Shown here piece after piece: positions 8,390-16,610 of a stretch of 64,000 bases of DNA. Both the position numbers and the translations under genes were made by a program. Source of the DNA: an uncultured Clostridia bacterium (GTDB lineage: Bacteria > Bacillota > Clostridia > Christensenellales > UBA1242). The first letter of the stretch is position 1; every line of letters starts with the position of its first letter. The notes under the pieces are model-generated. The model was not told the origin of the DNA and ran no database searches. It worked only from the letters and a program-made list of their open reading frames with translations. The stretch is from contig CAOJFR010000003.1 in NCBI GenBank assembly GCA_948434855.1, positions 977-64,976 on the forward strand, written 5' to 3'.

Positions 8390-9943
8390 ATGAAGTTTCA
8401 CAAAAGAAAATTAATAAACTTTAGATTTGCATTTGTTTTGCTGCTTGCAATTTTGGTTATAACAGCACTGCTAATTGGTGTGTTTTCTTCCATGCTTTCA
8501 AAGATAATTTTGTTGGCAGTTGTTGCGGCGGCTTTTGTGATATTTTTAATATTGTCAATAATTTTAAAGAAGAAGGCATTAATTGTTGTTGCCATAATTT
8601 TAGCTTTTGCTTTAGTTCCAACAACAAATATAATTATAAGGCAAAACAGCAATAGCAAAAATTTAGCTTTTAATAATTCAGAGGTATTAATTTCTGGCAG
8701 AATTTGTGAAAATTATTCATACACATCCAGTGGCAATATAAGAATAACGCTAGATAGTTTAAGTCTAAGCAGTTCAGAAGAGCATAAAGAGGTTGGCGGA
8801 AAAATATTAATATATGTGCGCCCACATAACCTAGAAGTTCAAAAAATTGTGGTAGGGAAACATATAGATGTTTTGTGTGAGCCAGAGTTCTTTTCCTATG
8901 ATGGAGACAATGCTTCATATCTTTCAAATGGCATAATTGGCAGAAGCTATGCAAATTTTTATAATATAGATTTTTCAGAAAATGAGAGTTTGTCATTAAA
9001 AGAAAAGCTAAAGTTTGGCACATATAACAAACTAAAGTCTTGGAATGTGAAATATGCAGATGTTGCCTATGCAATGCTTTTTGGAGATTCAGATTTTATT
9101 AATAAAGACACGTTAAACATTTTCAGAAACACAGGCGTAGCACACTTGCTTGCAGTAAGTGGACTTCATGTTTCATTAATAGCAATGTTAATCAGCTTTA
9201 TTTTGAAAAAATTAAAAGTTTCGCCTTACGCAAATTTAGTAACCATTTCATTGTTACTTTTGCTATATGCTTATTTATGCGATTTTTCTGTTTCTGTGGT
9301 CAGAGCCAGTTTAATGACATCTTTTGCGCTACTTTGCAAGGCTAGGGGAAAGCCCTATGACAGACTTTCAGTTTTGTGTTTGGTTGCAACTTTCATAATA
9401 TTAATCAATCCATTAAAATTAATTAACATATCATTTATATTAAGTTTCTCAGCAGTGCTTTCAATAATACTAACAGTTTTGCCACTCAAAAGGTTCTTTA
9501 GCAAATTTTTATATGAAAAACTTGCAAATTCACTTGCATTGATTGTTGGTGTTCAGATTGGCTTAATTGCAGTTCAGCTTGTTAGCTTTGGAACATATCC
9601 GGTGCTGTCAATATTTTCAAATTTAATTTCTGTTCCACTTGAATCTTTTGCTTTCATGTTGCTTGTTCCGGGCACAATAATTTCTTTAGTTTTTCCGTTC
9701 ATGAGTTTTATTCCAAAACTATTTGGTTTAATCACAAGTATTGTTGTAAGGTTTAATGGTTTTATTGCTGGCTTAGGGTTAATAATAAATTTTGAATCAC
9801 TTGGTTTTGTGTCCGTAATTTTTATCTTTCTCATTCTGTTTATAATAAGCGACTTTGTTTTTATAAAGAAAAATCATAAGCTAATCTGTGCAGCAAGTTT
9901 GCTTGCACTTGGCGCTTTAACTCAGGTTTTGTTACTACTATAA
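8390..9943 (+). CDS. comEC: ComEC/Rec2-family DNA internalisation channel protein lacking the C-terminal metallo-beta-lactamase domain
   Basis: N-terminal TM helices and an OB-like region, then the competence-domain hallmark RNTGVAHLLAVSGLHVSLI and many TM helices. The protein ends at 517 aa, directly after the membrane domain. Confidence 0.8.
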   Translation: MKFHKRKLINFRFAFVLLLAILVITALLIGVFSSMLSKIILLAVVAAAFVIFLILSIILKKKALIVVAIILAFALVPTTNIIIRQNSNSKNLAFNNSEVLISGRICENYSYTSSGNIRITLDSLSLSSSEEHKEVGGKILIYVRPHNLEVQKIVVGKHIDVLCEPEFFSYDGDNASYLSNGIIGRSYANFYNIDFSENESLSLKEKLKFGTYNKLKSWNVKYADVAYAMLFGDSDFINKDTLNIFRNTGVAHLLAVSGLHVSLIAMLISFILKKLKVSPYANLVTISLLLLLYAYLCDFSVSVVRASLMTSFALLCKARGKPYDRLSVLCLVATFIILINPLKLINISFILSFSAVLSIILTVLPLKRFFSKFLYEKLANSLALIVGVQIGLIAVQLVSFGTYPVLSIFSNLISVPLESFAFMLLVPGTIISLVFPFMSFIPKLFGLITSIVVRFNGFIAGLGLIINFESLGFVSVIFIFLILFIISDFVFIKKNHKLICAASLLALGALTQVLLLL

Positions 9944-9991
9944 ATGCACTAGACAAAATTTTTAGATTTTGTTATAATATTTTTAGGATTT

Positions 9992-10975
9992 ATGAAATAT
10001 ATTGAATTAAAAAGTAGTTTAAAGGAAGGGCTAAGAAGTGTATATGTAATATCTGGTGATGACAGATATTTGTGTTTTGATGCATTAAAAAAAATAACAG
10101 ATAAAGCAGATATTATGATAAAGGACATGAACTCAATAACTCTTTCAGGAGAGGGAGTTTCTGCAAAAGAAATTGTAGATTCTGCAAATGTATATCCGTT
10201 TGGTGATGCATATAGGCTTGTTGTTGTCAAAAACTACGCTGGCACCACAAAAGATGAGTTAGAGGTGTTAAAAGAATATTTTGCTTCACCGCTTTCTTCC
10301 ACCATTCTTGTGCTGTTTTGCCCTGAAAAGCCTGAAAATTACAGAGCTATGTCAGACATAACACTAGTAGATTGTTCAAAAATAGACCCCAAAATGATTG
10401 CAGCCTTCATAAAAAACAGGTTGGCAAAAGAAGAGATAAATTCTAGTGATGAGGCAATAGAAAAGTTAATTATGTTTTGCAATAGTGACATGGCAAGAAT
10501 TAATAGTGAACTTGAAAAACTTGTTGCATATACAGCCGAAACAAAGTCTCTCACGCCAGAGCTTGTAACAGAATTTGTTATAGAAGATAAAGAGTATCAA
10601 GTTTTTGAGCTTGCTGGGTTTATTGCAAAAGGCGATAGCAAAAGTGCAATAAACTTGGTTGATAGTTTTATGATAAAGGCTGGAGGTGGGCTTCAAGTGC
10701 TGGGACCATTATATAGTAATTACAGAAGGGCACTATATGTTTCAATCAACAAAGATAAAACCACTGCCGAGCTTGCTGCTGCAATGGGCGTAAAAGAGTT
10801 TGCAATAAAAATGCTAAAACCGCAGGTCTCAATTTTTTCTGCAAAAAAGCTAAAACAGATAACGGACATGGTTTCAAAATATGAAAGAAAAATAAAACTT
10901 GGACAAATTAAAGAAAATGTGGCAATAAAAACAATCGTTTTTAGTATACTAAATTTAAGAGGGGATAATGGCTAA
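9992..10975 (+). CDS. holA: DNA polymerase III delta subunit
   Basis: N-terminus YVISGDDRYL, length 327 aa, and the position right after comEC, as in Bacillota. Confidence 0.8.
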   Translation: MKYIELKSSLKEGLRSVYVISGDDRYLCFDALKKITDKADIMIKDMNSITLSGEGVSAKEIVDSANVYPFGDAYRLVVVKNYAGTTKDELEVLKEYFASPLSSTILVLFCPEKPENYRAMSDITLVDCSKIDPKMIAAFIKNRLAKEEINSSDEAIEKLIMFCNSDMARINSELEKLVAYTAETKSLTPELVTEFVIEDKEYQVFELAGFIAKGDSKSAINLVDSFMIKAGGGLQVLGPLYSNYRRALYVSINKDKTTAELAAAMGVKEFAIKMLKPQVSIFSAKKLKQITDMVSKYERKIKLGQIKENVAIKTIVFSILNLRGDNG

Positions 10976-11543
10976 TTCATTAGAATACTATAGCGTAACA
11001 AAAAAGAAAACACTTGGTGGCTGGTTCTACTGCCTCATTTTGTTTGTGTCATTTTTGTGCATAGACTTTTACATAACTGTTTCATCAGAAACTGTTTTTA
11101 TTTCATTTTCTGGAAACAACATTTTTGCTTCATCGCAAGATATTGCATACATTTTGGGCTTAACAGTAATTGAGGCATTAATAGATTGGTTAGTTCTAGA
11201 AGTTATAATGTGGTTATATAGAACAATTTTATCACTCAAAATTTATTCCTTCGTTGTTCCAGCTCAAAAACTTAAAAATGAGTGTCGTTTGTTTTTTGCA
11301 ATAAAAAACTTCTTGCTTGCAATAATTGTAAATCTTTGCTTTGCATATCCATATCTTTATAGATTTGTTGAAGCATTCAATGTTTTGTTCTTAGTTTTAA
11401 CACTAGTTGCATTCGCATGGCACATTCAAAGAAGATATTCCGAGCCAATAATAGCTCACTTTGTGTTTAAGTGTTTTTGTTATCCAATTTTCTTTTATGA
11501 GTGCGTGGTGCTCTTAGTTTCATATTTGGGGGTGCTAATATAA
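10968..11543 (+). CDS. Hypothetical polytopic membrane protein (191 aa)
   Basis: RBS AGAGGGG before the ATG at 10968. It overlaps the holA stop by 8 nt and shares TAATG with the next gene. Several hydrophobic helices. Confidence 0.6.
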   Translation: MANSLEYYSVTKKKTLGGWFYCLILFVSFLCIDFYITVSSETVFISFSGNNIFASSQDIAYILGLTVIEALIDWLVLEVIMWLYRTILSLKIYSFVVPAQKLKNECRLFFAIKNFLLAIIVNLCFAYPYLYRFVEAFNVLFLVLTLVAFAWHIQRRYSEPIIAHFVFKCFCYPIFFYECVVLLVSYLGVLI

Positions 11544-12940
11544 TGAAAAAGACAATAAAATATTTTGTGCTAATAATAATGGCATTCACAATTTCACTTT
11601 GTGGCATAACAACCATAGGTTCAACAGCAAATGCAGAGTTGTTGCAAACCACTGCATTAAATGAAACAGAAATCTCAGAAAAAATAAACACATATCTTGC
11701 AGAATTTTCTCAATTTTCTTCAAGGGCTCCTGGCACAGAAGGAGAAAAACAGGCAAGTGAATATATCTTTAATAAACTTAGTGGTTTTTCGGGCTTGTCA
11801 CCAAAAAAGCTAAACGGCATTAAAGATGAAGATGGAATTCAAAACTTTACATTCACATCACGCTTTGACGGCAAATTAAAGCATTCTCAAAATATTATAT
11901 TTGAATATAAAACTAACAAAAAAGATGCAAAAAAAATTATTCTAGCTTGCAGCTATGATGGCTATGCGCTTGATGATGAGGGCAAAATAATAAACACTGA
12001 AGCAATAAACGGAAGTGCAGGAAGTGTTGCAGTGCTTTTGGCACTTGCAGAAAATATTGCTAGCCTAAATAAAGATATAAATTATGAATTTATATTTTTT
12101 GGTGCAGGCAGTTCATCAAATGCTGGTGCAACACATTATTCTAATGGACTTTCAGAAAAAGATAGCAAAAACATTTTGCTCATGATGAATATAGAAAATA
12201 TTGCGCTAGGCAAAAATTTATATTTTTATGTTGATGAAACAAAAACAGAGCTTTCAGATTTTGCTAAAGATTTGTCTGGTTCAAAAAAGCTTGGTGCAAG
12301 TGAAGTTAATGTGTCTCATCTTGGCAAAATTTTATTATCAAATCCAAGTGACCTTGGCTTAAATTATAAGCACATAGCAAACAGCTCTGCCAATGAAAAG
12401 TTTATGAAAGCAAATGTGCTTTCAATGAATGTTTTTGCGGGTGATTATTCTGAGGGAATTGTTTCTGGTAAGTGTGAATATGCAAATAAAGATAGGGTTT
12501 TAAATACAAAAAATGATAATTTAGAATATATTTCAAAAAATTATGGAGAGAATGTAATATCTCAAAATTTAAGCAAAGCGTTCAGTTTCATTAATGAACT
12601 TTTAATTAGCAAAGACCTAGCTATGGTGTGTGAAAACTCTGTTAAGCAGGTTTCCGATTTTTATGCGATTGCAGCAAATCAAAAGCTGCCGCTATACTTA
12701 ACAATTTGTGCTTTGTTTGTCGGAATAATTGTTGCACTTCTTATTCATTACAGGCTTTCAGTTAAAGCATTTCATGCAAATATAGAAACAGAGTTTGCAT
12801 CTTCTGTTATTTCAATTTCAGAAAATTTTGATTTTGGTGCAGATAAAAACGAAGTTTCAAAAATTGTAGGTCAAGTTGTTGCTCATGACATAAAAAAAGA
12901 TAAGCGAATAAAACGTAAAAAAAATAAGAAACAAAAATAA
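11543..12940 (+). CDS. Secreted, C-terminally anchored M28-peptidase-like protein with substituted metal ligands (probable pseudo-enzyme)
   Basis: Start at the ATG at 11543 (MKKTIKYFVLIIMAF signal peptide; GGGGG RBS). The block SRAPGTEGEKQASEYI is typical of family M28. The expected H-x-D, D-N-x-S-G and E-E blocks read CSYDG, INGSAGS and GAGSSS. There is a C-terminal TM helix and a basic tail. Confidence 0.5.
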   Translation: MKKTIKYFVLIIMAFTISLCGITTIGSTANAELLQTTALNETEISEKINTYLAEFSQFSSRAPGTEGEKQASEYIFNKLSGFSGLSPKKLNGIKDEDGIQNFTFTSRFDGKLKHSQNIIFEYKTNKKDAKKIILACSYDGYALDDEGKIINTEAINGSAGSVAVLLALAENIASLNKDINYEFIFFGAGSSSNAGATHYSNGLSEKDSKNILLMMNIENIALGKNLYFYVDETKTELSDFAKDLSGSKKLGASEVNVSHLGKILLSNPSDLGLNYKHIANSSANEKFMKANVLSMNVFAGDYSEGIVSGKCEYANKDRVLNTKNDNLEYISKNYGENVISQNLSKAFSFINELLISKDLAMVCENSVKQVSDFYAIAANQKLPLYLTICALFVGIIVALLIHYRLSVKAFHANIETEFASSVISISENFDFGADKNEVSKIVGQVVAHDIKKDKRIKRKKNKKQK

Positions 12941-12967
12941 AACGGCTAAAATTTTAGCCGTTTTTTT
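12941..12967 (+). terminator. Rho-independent terminator
   Basis: AACGGCTAAA-AT-TTTAGCCGTT followed by TTTTT, immediately after the stop at 12940. Confidence 0.85.
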
Positions 12968-13192
12968 GTAAGTTAAACCCTATTTGGTTTTTGCAAAAAT
13001 TGTAGAATTTTGCCTGAAGGAATTTGTTGAAAATTTAAAGAAAAGTTTGGTTTGCAAAATTTGTCTTTTTTGGACATAAAAATTTTTGACGAAATTTAAA
13101 AGAAAAAGCCATATACAATTTTGTCAAATAATAGCGAAATTTATATGACAAATTTTGTCAAAATTTTCATAAAAAAAATAGAGCCCTCGTCC

Positions 13193-13471
13193 CTATTTTT
13201 TTGCTGTGTTTTTAAGTTTGTCAAGTTCTTTAGCAAGTGCAGATTTTTTGTTGTTAGCTTTGTTTTTATGAATGATTCCATTTGTAGCTTTTTCATCAAT
13301 TATTGAAAATGTTTCTGGAAGCAATTTTTCTGCAAGCTCAACATCACCGCTAGAAATTGCTACGTTATATTTTTTAATAGCTGTAGCAAGTTCACTGCGT
13401 TCTGCTTTGTTGCGTTCATTATTTCTAATAGCAACTTCTTGTCTTTTCTTTGCTGATTTAATAATTGGCAT
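13193..13471 (-). CDS. rpsT: 30S ribosomal protein S20
   Basis: MPIIKSAKKRQEVAIRNNERNKAERSELATAIKK..., the classic S20 N-terminus. 92 aa. Confidence 0.95.
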   Translation of the reverse strand: MPIIKSAKKRQEVAIRNNERNKAERSELATAIKKYNVAISSGDVELAEKLLPETFSIIDEKATNGIIHKNKANNKKSALAKELDKLKNTAKK

Positions 13472-13511
13472 AGTGTTTTACTGCTCCTTTAAGGTATTAC
13501 TGCCTACAATT

Positions 13512-14282
13512 TTAGCACAGTTTTGTCTGTTTTGCAAGTATTTGACTTAATATTTTTCTATATTTTTGAGTTAAGCCCTTTTCTTTTTTAGAAAATTTAA
13601 ACAAAACATTTGAATTTTGTGCATCACAATTCATAAATCTAGAAATTTGCTTTGCCACGCCAAAATTCCCATCATAAATGGGCAAGTGAAGAAAATTGAT
13701 TAATTCATCCTTAATCAGGCAATAGTGTGTGCACCCCAAAACCACTCCGTCATAAGACGCAGCATTTGCACAAATTTTATGAATGTCTTTTAAATAGTTA
13801 AGCAAAACAACAGGATTTTTATCCAGCAAAAAATTTTCTATGCTCATGGCGAGTGAAGGAATAGAAAGCGTCCCAACTTTTCCCTCAGCCATGTTTTTGA
13901 GCCTGTCAAAACGCACTTGTTTAAGCGTTGTTGGTGTTGCCAAACAAAGAACATTTTTACAGCCCATGTCACTTGCAAGCTTCACGGCTGGTTCGGTGCC
14001 AATAAACTGAATATCTTTAAAAGTGTTTCTTAAGTTTTCTATAGAGCTTGTTGTTGCGGTATTGCAAGCCAGCACAACAATTTTGATGTTAAAATTTTTT
14101 AAAAGGCCTTTAATAATTTCACTTAAATAGTTAAAGATTTCAGTTTTTGTGTGACAGCCATAAGGCGAGTGCAAGTTATCAGCAAAATAAATAAAATTGG
14201 CTTGCATCAATTTCATAGTTTCTGCCATTGTAGACAGCCCACCAACACCGCTGTCTATAAATAAAATATACTCTTTTTTCAT
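13512..14282 (-). CDS. murI: Glutamate racemase
   Basis: FIDSGVGGLS, VLACNTATT (catalytic Cys) and LGCTHY (second catalytic Cys). 256 aa. Confidence 0.93.
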   Translation of the reverse strand: MKKEYILFIDSGVGGLSTMAETMKLMQANFIYFADNLHSPYGCHTKTEIFNYLSEIIKGLLKNFNIKIVVLACNTATTSSIENLRNTFKDIQFIGTEPAVKLASDMGCKNVLCLATPTTLKQVRFDRLKNMAEGKVGTLSIPSLAMSIENFLLDKNPVVLLNYLKDIHKICANAASYDGVVLGCTHYCLIKDELINFLHLPIYDGNFGVAKQISRFMNCDAQNSNVLFKFSKKEKGLTQKYRKILSQILAKQTKLC

Positions 14283-14347
14283 AGCATAGTATATGCGAAA
14301 AACTTTTCTTTTGTAATTTTAAAGGAAAATTTTAACATTTTTTGCTG

Positions 14348-14380
14348 AAAAAAAGGTAACGCATTTGGTTACCTTTTTTT
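14348..14380 (-). terminator. Terminator closing the leftward T4SS-like operon (bidirectional-looking hairpin)
   Basis: 9-bp stem AAAGGTAAC / GTTACCTTT with a 7-nt loop, and A/T runs on both sides. It sits 3 nt beyond the stop of the 736-aa gene and separates that gene from murI. Confidence 0.8.
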
Positions 14381-14382
14381 AG

Positions 14383-16593
14383 TTATCGTGTCTTAGGTTT
14401 TGCTCTAGAAATAATAACAAATGTAGCAACGGCAACAAGGATTATTCCAGCAACAACAATAAGAATAATTGCAGAAGCATTAAGCTTTTTAGTGAGAGAG
14501 AAGGTGAGGGTATCTGTGGTTCCCATAGAGTCAGTAATTTTAACTGTATAGGTTCCATAGTCGTGGTAGGTAACACTTGAGTTGCCCTTCTCAGAATTAA
14601 GCTCATAAGGCACGGTTTCGCCGTTAAACGTAATTTCAACAATCAGGTCTCCAACGCCTTGGCAATTAAATGTAATATAGTCTTTTCCAATATCCGCTGA
14701 AACATTAACAAGTTGTTTGCCAAGAAGAACGGTATAGGTGTTAATATAAGTTTTGTCTAATGTGGTAGACTTTAAGGTGCTAGGATTGCTGCTAAAAGCC
14801 AAATCAAAATTAATTTTATCATTATTTTCAATTCTTTTAGTGTGAGTGCTTGGCTGGGTTTTATAAGGTTCGCTAGCCTCTAAGGTTTTGCCATCAACAG
14901 TAAAAGTAGATTTTGCCTGTGTAACAATGGTAAAGTTATATTCTTTTTTCTGATTTGTTGAATTTGCTTTGTGAACGGCAATTTGATAATAGCCATCGGC
15001 ATCAGAGATAAATGAAAAGTCGCCATTTTGATTCAAAAAGCCTTTTTCTTCACTGTCAAAGTTTTCATAAATTGTTATATCCCAGTCTGGATGGCTAGCT
15101 TTAAGGTTAACAACCTCGTCAGCATAGGTGCTGCCTGTCGGAATATAATATTCATATTTTGTAATGTTGTCGCTAGAGCCATAAAGGGTTTTACTGATTT
15201 CAATATATTTTATTGCATCCTTAATTCCAACATCGCCATATTTTTGGTTAAGATTTTTGATAGTAGACTTAATAGAATTGTTTTGAATAGAAGTGTTAAC
15301 AATATATTCGCTTGAACCATTTTGTTTGTTAAGTTCAGAAATAATATAAATATTTTCAAAAACAGATTCAGTTGTACCAGAGTCGTCACTAATATAAAAA
15401 CTTGTGCTATAATAGTTTGGGCTTGCACTTCCAAGAAGGTAAGTGTTGTCATAAAATTCTAAAGAGTATCTTCCACGCTTTTCAAAAGTCATTGAAAAGT
15501 TGTCAGACGATTTAATAGATTGACTTGGGTCTGGTGCATAAATTGCATTTCCGTTAGAGTTTACTCCCTGATAAATAAGTGCAGTTGCAAGGCGAGTTAG
15601 TCTTTTGCTTTCGTCAGAGTTTGCGTCATCCCTATAGTCAACAAACAAATAGTTTTCGCTGCCATAAGTTTTAGAAAAAACCTTAAAAGTATAAACAAAG
15701 CCATTAAAGTTAAGGTTAAAATAAAGTGGATTGTCTTCAGAATAATTAAATTTACTGCTTAACATATTGAGTGAAAGTTTGTTATAACTTTGCTCTGGTT
15801 TAAGCCAGTCATCAACTTCATGGTAGCTGCCACTTCTAAAGCTTTCAAAACTAGCAATAGCTTCTTCGTTGTTTGCAAACATAATAGCAGGTTTAGTAAT
15901 GTTTAGTGTATATTTTTGAGCTGTTGTGCTAGTTGGTGTTGTATAAATTTCAATATCAATAGGGTATTCAAATTTTCCATTAAAAGCTGAAGCATTAGAA
16001 CTTAGTGTAATAGAATTGGTTATAATAATTTCATTTCTGTCAGTAAACTTATTAAATTTAATTAGTTCATTAGGCGCATTTTCACTAAAAACGGTTGGAA
16101 TAGCACTTGATGAAGCAGGGTCAACATTATAGATATTTAATCTTTTATCATAAAATCTAAAATAATAAGTTTTGTCACCATATTCAAATGAAGTTGCATT
16201 TGGCTCAGTGGTTATTGTTGAGGTTTTCACTGAAAAATCAGAAGTGTGAGTATAGGTTAAACGATATCTATATTCAAGGGGCATAAAGTTTACTGAAAAT
16301 GCGTCGTTTACGCAAACTATATATTTAACATTAGATCTTTCAACTCTGTTGTTATATCTAACTTCGTCATAGGTTGCCTTCATGTTTTTATAATCAAATC
16401 TGGTGCCTCTCATAGAGAGTGAAAGATAGTTCAAAATAGGGTAGTCCGGCACACTTTGCCCAGTAACAGAAATGCTCTCAGCGTTAGCGTTGCTGATAGC
16501 ATTTTTTGAGCCATTTGGATTAATAGTGTTATAAATTCCAAATGCAAGCACAAAGCATAAAACCAAAAACAATAAACTTTTAAATTTTTTCAT
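14383..16593 (-). CDS. 736-aa surface protein: Sec signal peptide, large N/S/T/Y-rich ectodomain, single C-terminal TM anchor
   Basis: MKKFKSLLFLVLCFVLAFG signal. C-terminus ASAIILIVVAGIILVAVATFVIISRAKPKTR with no LPXTG motif. An Ig-like beta-rich C-proximal region (TFNGETVPYELNS...YTVKITDSMG). RBS AAGGA. The start lies 17 nt after the VirD4 stop, so the two are probably co-transcribed. Confidence 0.75.
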   Translation of the reverse strand: MKKFKSLLFLVLCFVLAFGIYNTINPNGSKNAISNANAESISVTGQSVPDYPILNYLSLSMRGTRFDYKNMKATYDEVRYNNRVERSNVKYIVCVNDAFSVNFMPLEYRYRLTYTHTSDFSVKTSTITTEPNATSFEYGDKTYYFRFYDKRLNIYNVDPASSSAIPTVFSENAPNELIKFNKFTDRNEIIITNSITLSSNASAFNGKFEYPIDIEIYTTPTSTTAQKYTLNITKPAIMFANNEEAIASFESFRSGSYHEVDDWLKPEQSYNKLSLNMLSSKFNYSEDNPLYFNLNFNGFVYTFKVFSKTYGSENYLFVDYRDDANSDESKRLTRLATALIYQGVNSNGNAIYAPDPSQSIKSSDNFSMTFEKRGRYSLEFYDNTYLLGSASPNYYSTSFYISDDSGTTESVFENIYIISELNKQNGSSEYIVNTSIQNNSIKSTIKNLNQKYGDVGIKDAIKYIEISKTLYGSSDNITKYEYYIPTGSTYADEVVNLKASHPDWDITIYENFDSEEKGFLNQNGDFSFISDADGYYQIAVHKANSTNQKKEYNFTIVTQAKSTFTVDGKTLEASEPYKTQPSTHTKRIENNDKINFDLAFSSNPSTLKSTTLDKTYINTYTVLLGKQLVNVSADIGKDYITFNCQGVGDLIVEITFNGETVPYELNSEKGNSSVTYHDYGTYTVKITDSMGTTDTLTFSLTKKLNASAIILIVVAGIILVAVATFVIISRAKPKTR

Positions 16594-16610
16594 AATTTTT
16601 CCTTAAAATA

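Noticed and set aside
13121-13550. Plus-strand ORFs 13121..13306 and 13272..13550
   Set aside because: They are antisense to the unmistakable rpsT gene and the 3' end of murI, have low-complexity F/S-rich translations, and have no RBS.
14383-16593. Sortase-anchored (LPXTG) cell-wall protein call for the 736-aa protein
   Set aside because: I looked for an LPXTG-type motif before the C-terminal hydrophobic segment and found none (...TFSLTKKLNASAIILIV...). I call it a membrane-anchored protein.
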